From IMG/VR virus record IMGVR_UViG_3300010354_000077: DNA of 64,000 nt; one strand, given 5' to 3'. Origin of the DNA: a virus. The translations under genes and the position numbers were made by a program. Shown here one piece after another: positions 27,267 to 37,300 of this stretch; the stretch's first letter is position 1, and each line of letters begins with the position of its first letter. The notes below the pieces were generated by a model, which worked only from the letters and a program-made list of their open reading frames with translations, ran no database searches and was not told where the DNA came from.

Positions 27267-27596
27267 ATGGAACAATTTTATTTTGCATTTGCTTTGGGAA
27301 TCGGTTTTGCTGTTTTGGCCGCTGTGTCGGTCATGGCAGTGATGGCGTTTTTTAGGGTGAACAAATTGATTAAACAGGTTATTGAAGTTGAAAACAACTT
27401 GATTCGCGGGCTGGAAGAAAGCCAACGTGGAGTACAAATAGATATTGAAGCTGTCCATCGTCGGATATTCGATGACAAGGAAGCAATGGAAAGATATATT
27501 ACGAATGTTTCAGAAAATCTTGAAAGACAGATTGTAAAATTACAATCAAATTGCGATAGCAGGTTCGATAAAATCCAGAACCAAACTAAAGCCTAA
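27267..27596 (+). CDS. Small membrane-anchored coiled-coil protein
   Basis: N-terminal TM helix (FAFALGIGFAVLAAVSVMAVMAFF) plus a coiled coil. Confidence 0.45.
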   Translation: MEQFYFAFALGIGFAVLAAVSVMAVMAFFRVNKLIKQVIEVENNLIRGLEESQRGVQIDIEAVHRRIFDDKEAMERYITNVSENLERQIVKLQSNCDSRFDKIQNQTKA

Positions 27597-27641
27597 ATTT
27601 TCACACAACAAAAACCGCGCTTTATTTTTTCTAAAATCACT

Positions 27642-27872
27642 ATGAAAAAGAACGAACTTAAAAAAGGATTGCAAACCACTGGCACACCAGCACCCCAACA
27701 AAGCCGAAAATCTGCTGCCACTACGGTTGATTTTTTCGCCGTCCAAACCATCTACCTCCGCCACAAACATTCATGGCATAAGAAAACAAAACAACAAATC
27801 CCTTCCCTTGATGGATATACAGTAGAAAATTATATTCCATCGGCAAATCTCATTTATATTAGTAAGAATTAG
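27642..27872 (+). CDS. Small hypothetical protein
   Basis: 76-aa ORF. Confidence 0.3.
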   Translation: MKKNELKKGLQTTGTPAPQQSRKSAATTVDFFAVQTIYLRHKHSWHKKTKQQIPSLDGYTVENYIPSANLIYISKN

Positions 27873-27874
27873 AA

Positions 27875-28195
27875 ATGGAAGAACATATTTCGAATATATC
27901 GAAGATATTAAAGGATTTTTTATCGGAGAATCATATTCCAATCCTTGGTCTAACAATTTCTGGAAGGGTCTGCCCAAATATTTTCGAGGAGTTAAGAATT
28001 GAGCATCCTTTGTTTTTTGATAACTACAAGGTCTTGGAAAAAAAGGCTGTTGGACGGAAAATTCATTATTCCATCCAACAATATCTTATCGAGAATAAAA
28101 TAAAAAACAGCGTTTATATTGAACCGAATGCTGTTCATGGGAAGGTGGACGGCGTTTTGGTCTATATGAAATCTTGGCAGGTGGTAAAAGATTAA
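27875..28195 (+). CDS. Small hypothetical protein
   Basis: 106-aa ORF. Confidence 0.35.
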   Translation: MEEHISNISKILKDFLSENHIPILGLTISGRVCPNIFEELRIEHPLFFDNYKVLEKKAVGRKIHYSIQQYLIENKIKNSVYIEPNAVHGKVDGVLVYMKSWQVVKD

Positions 28196-28225
28196 AAAAT
28201 ATGATGGATTCTCAAAAAATCCATA

Positions 28226-28233
28226 TATCTTTG
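28226..28233 (+). promoter_or_regulatory. TAtcTTTG -7 box immediately upstream of the ATG at 28238 (leaderless-like spacing)
   Basis: catatatctttgtggcATG. Confidence 0.4.
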
Positions 28234-28237
28234 TGGC

Positions 28238-28636
28238 ATGAAAAAAATATGCTACGACTCTCAATTCTACTTTGTGACAGATATTGTCAAGAAAAAAAAT
28301 GTTTCGCCGAGGATAAGAAAATCTATCAAGCGGGGAATTAAAGCGGCACAGGATTTTTTGGGAATCAAAACAAAACCGAAAATCCTGTTCTCGTATTCCG
28401 ACTCGGATAATTTCGCGGAATTTTTGCCGTTAAAAGGCAAAAAGCCGATTATTCTATTCTATCCAAAAAAATTCTATGGTTTGGAGAATATGGAGGAGGA
28501 AATTATAAAAACCGCCGTCCACGAATATCTCCATCTCTATTTCCACCAAAAGAATCTTTCAAGTATTTTTTCAGTTGAACTTGAAGAAGAAACCGTGGTG
28601 AAATTAGAGATGGAGGTTTGGGTGAGGTATTTTTAA
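28238..28636 (+). CDS. Small HExxH metallopeptidase-like protein
   Basis: KTAVHEYLHLYFH. Confidence 0.35.
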   Translation: MKKICYDSQFYFVTDIVKKKNVSPRIRKSIKRGIKAAQDFLGIKTKPKILFSYSDSDNFAEFLPLKGKKPIILFYPKKFYGLENMEEEIIKTAVHEYLHLYFHQKNLSSIFSVELEEETVVKLEMEVWVRYF

Positions 28637-28639
28637 TTA

Positions 28640-31600
28640 TTAATATCCTGCGACAGTTGCTGTTGCTGTAACCATTACCCTTATCACACTTGCAGCACTT
28701 GAAGTTGTGGGTGGCGTAAACTCTACTTTTAAAGACTCGTTTCCAATTGTATCATCTGCACTTATTGTTACAATCGAAGAAGCCATATTTGTGTCGAATT
28801 TTGCTGTTCCAATTACTTCTGGTGTTCCAATAAGAGAGGTAGTATCACCTATACGTTTTATCAATACGTTATATTCTACACCATAAGAATCACCTAAATT
28901 TAAAGTGCCACCAGCGGTGCTACATATAGCGGCTATTTGCAGTTTGACGTTCCAAAGCCTGTTTGAAGGTAAGATTGCACGTCCTTGATTTGTTGGTGCT
29001 GCTCCATCTAATGTTAGTTCAGTTACTCCCGTTCCAGTTATTGACCTTCGATAACGCCATTGCATTGTCATAGCATCTCCAGCGCCTGAAAATTGGCCAG
29101 AGCCGTAAGCCCTTGAACCATATAATGCTGTATTGACTTGAAGTCCTGACGCAAAGCTATACAAAGCAGATGCCGTACATTGATTTCCTGCCGTAATTGA
29201 GTAGCCTCCAGATGCTGTGCTTGATCCCCCTCCGATTACCATTGAGAAATCGCCAGTTGCTGAATTGGCCTCGCCACCAGAAACTACAGAAAATTGACCT
29301 GACGCCCTATTCCATTGACCAGAGAATATTCCGCTATTTGCCCCAGATGCTACTTGAATATTACCGTTTCTCACCTGCTGCAAATCAACAGCGTATGTAC
29401 CCCTTGCATTGCCACCAGCTACCGCTCCGTTTGGCGCTGGACCAACAATAAACGCTCCTGTTCCCTTTGGTGTCAAAACCAAGTTTGTATTCGCACTGGC
29501 AGAGAAAACACTTATTTGTGCAGAATTTTGTGTTGTCACACTTGTGTTTGCTCCAACAACGACCATTCCATCATCCCTAACCCTAAACAATTCATTTGTT
29601 CCACCGCTGTTTCTGATTAACAGTGAAGATGTTCCAGATGCTACTCCAAGACCGTCTATTTGCAGACTGGCGTTTGGCGAAGATGTTCCGATACCGACCC
29701 TGCCATCGCCCCTAACGACAAGAATATTTGTTCCAGAGCTGTCTTGGAATCTTGCTGCAAAAGAAGTTGAATCTATTGTACTACTCGTAGCTTTCAATCT
29801 TGTTGTGGAATCTGAAGTCGTTAAACCCAGTGTCAGATTCCCATGAAGATGTGTTTGTGTTGTACCAGTGTTACCAAGAACACTTGTATTGGAACCCAAC
29901 CCAACTGCCTGATGACCTATAGCTATTTCGTTAGTAGTTGTAATCCCTTCACCAGCACTTGAAACCAATGTATTAGCACCGATATATATACTGTTTTCAA
30001 AATATTGTGCTGAACTTGTACCATTTGTTAAATATCTTCCAGCATTAAAACCTAACGCTATCCAATTCGAACCAAAAAGATTTTCTCTTCCAGCAAAAGC
30101 TCCTTGTGCAATCCAATTTGAACCGCTTCTATTAAACCTTCCAGCGTCTTGTCCTTGTGCAAACCAAAAACTACCATTTATATTCGACCTTCCCGCGTTT
30201 GTACCTTGCGCGAAAACCCCGTTTACAGTTACACTATTAAATCCAGCTGAATCCCCTAAAAATATATTATTACCTCCACTACCAAAATGCGCCCCCGCAT
30301 TTGTACCTTGAATAATAGATGCAAGACCTTCAACAACTCTTTGTTCGTATGTTGTGAATCCGCCTGTGGATTGGACGGCGAAAACAGGTTCAGCACGATT
30401 TACTGCGTTGATAGCAAAAGTTATAGTTCCATCAAAATCATTTGATGGCGTTACAACTAAATTATTTGTATTATTATGTGAAAAATATAAAGTCTGTGAT
30501 AAAGTGTTTCCAGTATAAGTTATACCTTTTAAACTAATATCGAATGTTCCAGCAGTTCTTCCAGTCACAGTTAAAACGACCCTATACATTCCAGAACTGT
30601 TATTTGTAACTGTTGCTGTAAGTGTGGCTGTACTTCCAGGTGTATGTGTCCATGTAAGATCACTACCAGTCCAGTTTGTTCCAGTATAACCTGAACTCAA
30701 TTCTGTGGTTCCTATGATTGGACCGTTAGACGATGAACGCAAATTAAGTGTCGCTGTTGGACTTGCAACCCTAACACCCAATCTTTGATTTGTGCCATCC
30801 CACGTCAAACCACTGCTGCTTGTGAGTGCTGTTGATGTTGTTCCAGTGGCTCCACTCCAAAACGCAACCTGTGTCGCCGTTCCGCTACCAGTTGTGCCAC
30901 CAGTTGCATTTAATGTATTCCCAGCCAATGAAAGGCCGCTGCCTACGGTGATTGCTGATACGTCACCGTTTCCATCACGGCCCATAACGGTTGTTGCGTT
31001 GGTGCCTGTAGAGTTGGTAAGGCGGAGGGTTCCGTTGATTGTTGTGGCACCGTTGTCGAGGACTTGGAAGAGGTTTGTTGAACCAGAGTTTTGGAGGAGA
31101 AACGCCGTTGTGCTAGATGTAGCGCCAGCGCCTTTTACGTGCAGTTGCGCATTTGTTGATATAGAGTTTATACCAACGCGCTGGCTATTTGCAAAGGTGT
31201 TTACATATATGGCAGGATTCGCATAGGCAGTGCTATAGTCCCTCGTTGAAATAACAATTGGCAGTCCACCCGTATTCCCATCACCAAATGATGTATTAAT
31301 AAGAAATCCGTTCGTTGGGTGATTGTAAAAAATCGAATTTCTGCTGCGCGAGTCTGCCCCACTTAGATATGACCTAATTTCAACGCCAAATGCCTTATCG
31401 TCGAATGCGGGTGCAAATATCATTCCTGTATTTACATCTGATGCTGAATTACCCACAAGGAACGCTGCTCTTGGGTATGGCCCAGCGGGACTTACTGCTG
31501 TAAATGAACAAAACGCATTTGTAACAGACGACCTTATTTCTGCGCCTGTTGAGCGAAATACATTTAAAGGGGATGCAGGAGTTGATGTTCCAATCCCCAA

Positions 31601-34327
31601 CCTTTCGTTCGTATTATCCCAATACAAATTACTGTTACTCGTAAGCGCCGTAGAAGTAGTGCCAGTAGCACCACTCCAAAAAGCTACTCTTGTCGCCACA
31701 CCACTACCCGTAACACCACTATTGCTTAACACATTCCCCGAAAGAGAAAGTCCACTACCAATACTCACGGCAGATATATCCCCGCTTCCATCACGACCCA
31801 TAACGGTTGTTGCATTTGTTGCGGTAGAACCTGTCAAGCGCATGGTTCCCGCAACCTCTAAGGTCTGGTTTGGAGAGCTGGTGTTGATACCCACACGGTC
31901 ATCGCCCCTTACCACCATTATATTCATTCCAGTGCTATCTTGGAATTTGGCTGCGAAGGAACCGCTATTAGCCGTAGAACTGCTTGTTTTCAATCTGGTT
32001 TCAGCATCCGCTGTGGTTAAACCAAGGGTCAGATTTCCATATAAATGTGACTGTGTTGTTCCTGTTGTTCCAACGGTGGTTGTATTATCCCCCAAGGATA
32101 ATGTATTTTGGCCGATGACGATTTGGTTGGACGGCGAAATATTGGCTGCTCTGGTGTTTGCGCCAATGAAAATGGAATTGGTTGACGTTGTTACATTAGA
32201 AAACCCTGTATCATAATAATATCCAGCAAGACTGCCAATTGCGACATTTTGAGAACTGTTTGCAGTTGTTAACCCACCTAAAGAAAATCTACCTACTGCT
32301 ACATTTGCACCCCCTACTGTATTTAAACTCAAAGCATCCGAACCGACAGCTACATTACCAAAACCAGTATTAAGATTTCTCAAAGCAGATTTACCAATTG
32401 CAGTGTTAGAACCAGTTCCAGTTCCAGTACTTCCTGTCAACGCACTAAAACCAAAAGCCGTATTTCCGCTTGCAAGAGAACCATTATTTATAAGTGCATT
32501 GACACCAAAAGCGGTGTTATCTGGGATATTATTGCCGCCCTTACCAGCGGTTATATTTGTCGCTATTAAAATGTCTTGGGTGGTGGTGAGTTGGTTGGAC
32601 GGCGAAGAGGTGCCGATACCGAGTCTATTATTGCCATTATCCCAATAGAGATTAGTGCTTCCAGTGAGAGAAGACGTCCCATTCCAGAAGGCCACCTGTG
32701 TTGCTGTTCCACTACCTGTAATAGTTCCTCCACCGCCACCACCTGTTGCGGTTAATTCATTTCCAGACAAAAGAAGTCCTGTTCCAATAGATACAGCGGA
32801 TATATCTCCGTTTGCATCACGGCCCATAATGGTTGTTGGGGTTGTTGCGGTCGAACCCGTAAGACGCATTGTCCCCGCAACGTGGAGTGTCTGTGCTGGC
32901 GTATCCGTTCCAAGTCCGAGACCTGTGCTGGATATTGCGAATGTTTGTCCACCCGTGATAGATAACTTGCTGTTGCTTGCAATAAAAGAGAAATCCGCTG
33001 GAGATGTTGTTGTTCTTACAAGACGGATGGTTGCGTTGGACGGCGATTGCACATGGAGGGGAACCAATGGAACCACACCAATACCCAGACGGTCTTCATC
33101 AAAATCCCAAAGAAGGTTGTTATCATTTGTCAACTCTGTTGCAGATGACCAAATCGCAAGTCTGTTTGCAGCACCTGTGCCTGTTGTGCTTCCTGTGGTG
33201 GTTAATGTATTTCCTGAAAGAGAAAGACCTGTTCCAACGGTGATGGCAGACACATCAAAACTTGCATCCCGTGCCATAAGGGTTGTACCCGTTCCTGTGG
33301 AACCTGTCAGACGCATGGTTCCTGCAACCTCCAATGTCTGATTCGGAGAGCTGGTATTGATGCCTACACGATTATCGTTCCGAACTACTAAAATATCTGT
33401 TGACCCACTGTTTTGGAATCTTGCTGCGAATGCAGCACTGGTTGTTCCAGAACCTTGAATCACTGCACCTTGTGTTATTAATGCGTCTCCAACAACGTGT
33501 AACTTGCTTGTGGGAGATGATGTTCCGACGCCAATAAAACTGTTATTATTATCCCAATATAAATTCGAACTGCTGGAGATTGTAGCCGATCCACTCCAAA
33601 AAGCTATCCTTGTTGCTTCACCAGCACCACCGATTTTGTTATTAAAAATACTCCAATCTGTTGACGATAAAAGACCCCTGTTAGCAGAACTTGCTGTGGG
33701 GATATTAAACGTGTGTGTCGTGCCAACAGAACTGATATTAAAATCCGACCCAGTGTTCCCAGTTGAAAACGTCTGTGTAGAGCCAGTAAGAGAATTTAAA
33801 GAAGTGATTCCACCACCACCAGATGTGCCAGTAGCACTTAAAGTTCCACCCGAAAGAGAAAGCCCACTGCCAACAGAAATAGAAGAAACGTCAAAGTTGG
33901 CATCACGACCCATTAATGAATCAGCCGTTCCATTTGAACCCGTAAGGCGCAGACTACCAGCAACATGAAGAGATTGTTGCGGATTATTCGTTCCAATACC
34001 AAGCCTGTCATTTCCACTATCCCACCAGAGATTATTTTCACCGCTTAGGGTGGTGCTTCCAATCCAGTATGCCACCTGACTTGTCGAACCGCTTCCACCT
34101 GTTGTTCCACTTGCGCCACCTGTGGCAAAGAGTTGCCCGTTGGTGATTCCAAGACCAGAACCGATTGACATATTCGAGACATTACCGTCACCGTCACGCC
34201 CCAATAATGTCGTTCCCGTTCCAGTGGAACCTGTTACCCTAAGCGTACCCCTGACATCAAGGGTTTCCGTGGGATTTTCTGTACCTATACCTACCTTTCC
34301 TTTGGGAAAATTTGTTATGTTTGGCAT
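28640..34327 (-). CDS. Giant tail-fibre protein A (1895 aa): about 40-aa tandem modules, Gly/Ser/Thr-rich, C-terminal phage-fibre-type A-x-G-x-x-S repeats
   Basis: Repeated ...RLTGSTGTGTTLMGRD.NGDVS..S.GSGLSLSGNTL.ATG... units, and a C-terminal SGQFSVVSGGEANSATGDFSMVIGGGSSTASGGYSITAG region typical of phage fibre repeats. Confidence 0.7.
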   Translation of the reverse strand: MPNITNFPKGKVGIGTENPTETLDVRGTLRVTGSTGTGTTLLGRDGDGNVSNMSIGSGLGITNGQLFATGGASGTTGGSGSTSQVAYWIGSTTLSGENNLWWDSGNDRLGIGTNNPQQSLHVAGSLRLTGSNGTADSLMGRDANFDVSSISVGSGLSLSGGTLSATGTSGGGGITSLNSLTGSTQTFSTGNTGSDFNISSVGTTHTFNIPTASSANRGLLSSTDWSIFNNKIGGAGEATRIAFWSGSATISSSSNLYWDNNNSFIGVGTSSPTSKLHVVGDALITQGAVIQGSGTTSAAFAARFQNSGSTDILVVRNDNRVGINTSSPNQTLEVAGTMRLTGSTGTGTTLMARDASFDVSAITVGTGLSLSGNTLTTTGSTTGTGAANRLAIWSSATELTNDNNLLWDFDEDRLGIGVVPLVPLHVQSPSNATIRLVRTTTSPADFSFIASNSKLSITGGQTFAISSTGLGLGTDTPAQTLHVAGTMRLTGSTATTPTTIMGRDANGDISAVSIGTGLLLSGNELTATGGGGGGTITGSGTATQVAFWNGTSSLTGSTNLYWDNGNNRLGIGTSSPSNQLTTTQDILIATNITAGKGGNNIPDNTAFGVNALINNGSLASGNTAFGFSALTGSTGTGTGSNTAIGKSALRNLNTGFGNVAVGSDALSLNTVGGANVAVGRFSLGGLTTANSSQNVAIGSLAGYYYDTGFSNVTTSTNSIFIGANTRAANISPSNQIVIGQNTLSLGDNTTTVGTTGTTQSHLYGNLTLGLTTADAETRLKTSSSTANSGSFAAKFQDSTGMNIMVVRGDDRVGINTSSPNQTLEVAGTMRLTGSTATNATTVMGRDGSGDISAVSIGSGLSLSGNVLSNSGVTGSGVATRVAFWSGATGTTSTALTSNSNLYWDNTNERLGIGTSTPASPLNVFRSTGAEIRSSVTNAFCSFTAVSPAGPYPRAAFLVGNSASDVNTGMIFAPAFDDKAFGVEIRSYLSGADSRSRNSIFYNHPTNGFLINTSFGDGNTGGLPIVISTRDYSTAYANPAIYVNTFANSQRVGINSISTNAQLHVKGAGATSSTTAFLLQNSGSTNLFQVLDNGATTINGTLRLTNSTGTNATTVMGRDGNGDVSAITVGSGLSLAGNTLNATGGTTGSGTATQVAFWSGATGTTSTALTSSSGLTWDGTNQRLGVRVASPTATLNLRSSSNGPIIGTTELSSGYTGTNWTGSDLTWTHTPGSTATLTATVTNNSSGMYRVVLTVTGRTAGTFDISLKGITYTGNTLSQTLYFSHNNTNNLVVTPSNDFDGTITFAINAVNRAEPVFAVQSTGGFTTYEQRVVEGLASIIQGTNAGAHFGSGGNNIFLGDSAGFNSVTVNGVFAQGTNAGRSNINGSFWFAQGQDAGRFNRSGSNWIAQGAFAGRENLFGSNWIALGFNAGRYLTNGTSSAQYFENSIYIGANTLVSSAGEGITTTNEIAIGHQAVGLGSNTSVLGNTGTTQTHLHGNLTLGLTTSDSTTRLKATSSTIDSTSFAARFQDSSGTNILVVRGDGRVGIGTSSPNASLQIDGLGVASGTSSLLIRNSGGTNELFRVRDDGMVVVGANTSVTTQNSAQISVFSASANTNLVLTPKGTGAFIVGPAPNGAVAGGNARGTYAVDLQQVRNGNIQVASGANSGIFSGQWNRASGQFSVVSGGEANSATGDFSMVIGGGSSTASGGYSITAGNQCTASALYSFASGLQVNTALYGSRAYGSGQFSGAGDAMTMQWRYRRSITGTGVTELTLDGAAPTNQGRAILPSNRLWNVKLQIAAICSTAGGTLNLGDSYGVEYNVLIKRIGDTTSLIGTPEVIGTAKFDTNMASSIVTISADDTIGNESLKVEFTPPTTSSAASVIRVMVTATATVAGY

Positions 34328-34360
34328 TTGTTATCTCTTTTTTATATAAATTGTTTTTAA

Positions 34361-37300
34361 TTAAATTCCGAAGCCAACCTCTGTTAAATATACTGTGGCA
34401 ATCACTTTGATTACAGTATCAGAAACTGCTGTCGAAGGCGGTGTAAATTCTATTTTCAGATTATCTGTTGCATTGTCTGCACTGATTGATACGGTTGCGC
34501 TGCTCATAGCAGTATCATTCGATATAATATTTTGAGCAACACCTTCACCGACAATTGTTGTTACTGTCCCAATCTTTTTAATCCCAAGAATATGTTCTGA
34601 AATGAATGAATCACCGATGGAAGCACCACCTCCAGTTCCAACAATTTCAACCACTGCTGCCAACTGAATACGAATGTTCCATAACCTGTTTGTTCCCGAA
34701 AGAATTGCTTTTGCAGAAACACCGTCCAAATACAACTCCGTCCTCGTAGTACCAGTAATACTATTTCTCATCCTGATAGTAGATGATTGTGCATCGCCAC
34801 CATAAGAGAAATTACCAGAGGAATTAGTATTTTGACCGTATAGATAAGCGGAGCCATATAAACCCCCAATAACAGAAGCATATTCAGCGGAAACGACGTT
34901 GCCTAATCCACCGAAGACGGAAGAATGTGTTCCACTGGCAGTATTGGAAGAACCACCTACAATATTGCTTCTTGTACCAGAAGCGGTGTTATTGGAACCA
35001 CCGATGATAACAGAATAGTTTCCACTGGCTACTTCTGTGTTATTGCTACGTTTTAGTTGGAGGTCGATGGCGAAGCTCCCCCTCGAATTTCCACCCGTTG
35101 CTGTTGCATCTGGGATATTACCCAAGAACGCGCCATCTCCTTTGGGTTGGACGGCGAAATTGATGTGTTCATCGCTTCCAACCGCTTCGAAAGATACTGT
35201 GTTTTGCGTCGTAGCAGCCAGATTCTTACCCAAAGTAATCCTGCCATCATTTCTGATATTGAGGATGTCACGGTCGTTGCTATCTGTAACCTCGAAAGCT
35301 GTGGCAGAATTGTTTGCTGTTGTGCCTTTAAGATAAAGAAGCGCTGTTGGAGATGTGGTGTTAATACCAACGGTGCTTCCTGTGTGGAATATAATCGAAT
35401 CGGTTAATCCGCTTGCAGAAGCCCATTTGGAAATGTAGTTTGTGGTACCTGTACCCGTAAGGGTTCCACCACCACCAGATGTTCCAGTAGCAGTTAATGT
35501 ATTTCCCGAAAGGCTTAATCCAACACCTACTGTGATAGCAGAAACATCAAAGTTTCCATCACGCCCCATTAAGGAATCCGCAGTTCCGTTAGAACCAGTA
35601 AGCCTCATATTACCAGCCACATGAAGTGTCTGTTGGGGATTGTTTGTGCCTACACCAAGTCTATCAGTACCATTATCCCACCAAAGATTATTCTCACCTG
35701 CTATTGAATTGGTTCCAGTCCAGTATGCTACCTGATTGGTAGAGCCTGTGCCACTTGTCGTACCAGTAGCGCCACCTGTTGCGAAGAGTTGCCCGTTTGT
35801 GATTCCAAGACCAGAGCCTATAGACAGGTTTGCAACATTGCCGTCACTATCACGTCCGAGTACGAAGGAAGGAGTGCCAGTAGAACCTGTCACCCTCAAT
35901 GTTCCACGAATATCGACGTTAGAACCTGTTTGGATGATAATAGAATCAGTTAATCCACTTGCAGAAGACCATTTGGGGATATAATTTGTTGTTCCTGTTC
36001 CTGATACAGTCCCAGCAGTGATACCTGTTGTTGTAAGAATGTTATTTGAAAGGCTCAAACCGTTTCCAACAGTAATTGCAGAGACATCACCACTATTATC
36101 TCTTGCCATTAAGGTCGTACCCGTTCCAGTAGAACCAGTAAGACGCATTGTACCCCTAACATCAAGTGTCTGTAATGGTGTGGTGGTGTTTATACCAACA
36201 ACTGTTCCATTATCAAAGATTATAGAATCTGTAAGACCACTTGCAGAAGCCCACTTTGAAACATAATTTGTAGTACCTGTTCCAGCAACCTTTGCATTTA
36301 GTTGATTTTGGATATTAGAGGTGACACCATTGAGATATTGGAACTCCGTGTTATCAACACTACCGTCAGCTATTTTCGCAGCGTCAATTCCATTTGCAAC
36401 CTTAATATTTGTTATTGCACTATCTGCAATACCATCTGTTCCAACCGTTCCAAATGATAATGTAGTACCTGACCTTCTAAGAACGGTTCCATCAACCGAT
36501 GCTGTAATGTCAGCAACATTACCTGTCGTATTTGAAGCCCTTCCGATAACAGAAAGACCAGAGCTTGTTCTTAATTTGGAATCGCTTACGACATTATTAT
36601 CAATAGTCCAAATGGTTCCCCCACCACTGACAGTAATATCTCCTTTGTCACCATCTGTAATACCAGCAGCAATCAACGTATTTCCAGAAAGATTTAATCC
36701 ACTTCCAATAGAAACAGCCGAAATGTCATCGTTTCCATCACGACCCATTAAAGTGGTTGCCGTTCCGTTAGACCCCGTAAGCCTCATATTACCAGCCACA
36801 TGAAGTGTCTGTTGGGGTGTACTTGTACCGATACCCAATCTGTTAGCACCACTATCCCACCAAAGATTATTCTCACCTGCTATTGAATTGGTTCCAGTCC
36901 AGTAAGCAACCTGATTTGTTGAGCCACTTCCGCTGGTAGTACCACTTGCACCACCTGTTGCAAAGAGTTGTCCGTTTGTGATTCCAAGTCCACTACCTAT
37001 TGACAGATTTGCAACATTGCCATCACTATCACGACCTAACACAAAAGAAGGGGTGCCAGTGGAGCCTGTCACCTTTAATGTTCCTCTTATATCTACGTTG
37101 GAACCTGTTTGGATGATAATAGAATCAGTAAGACCGCTTGCAGAAGACCATTTGGGAATATAATTTGTGGTACCTGTTCCAGATACAGTCCCAGAAGTGA
37201 CACCAGTGGTTGTAAGAATATTATTTGAAAGGCTCAAACCATTTCCAACAGTGATAGCCGAGACATCAAAGTTAGCATCTCTTGCCATCAATGTAGTACC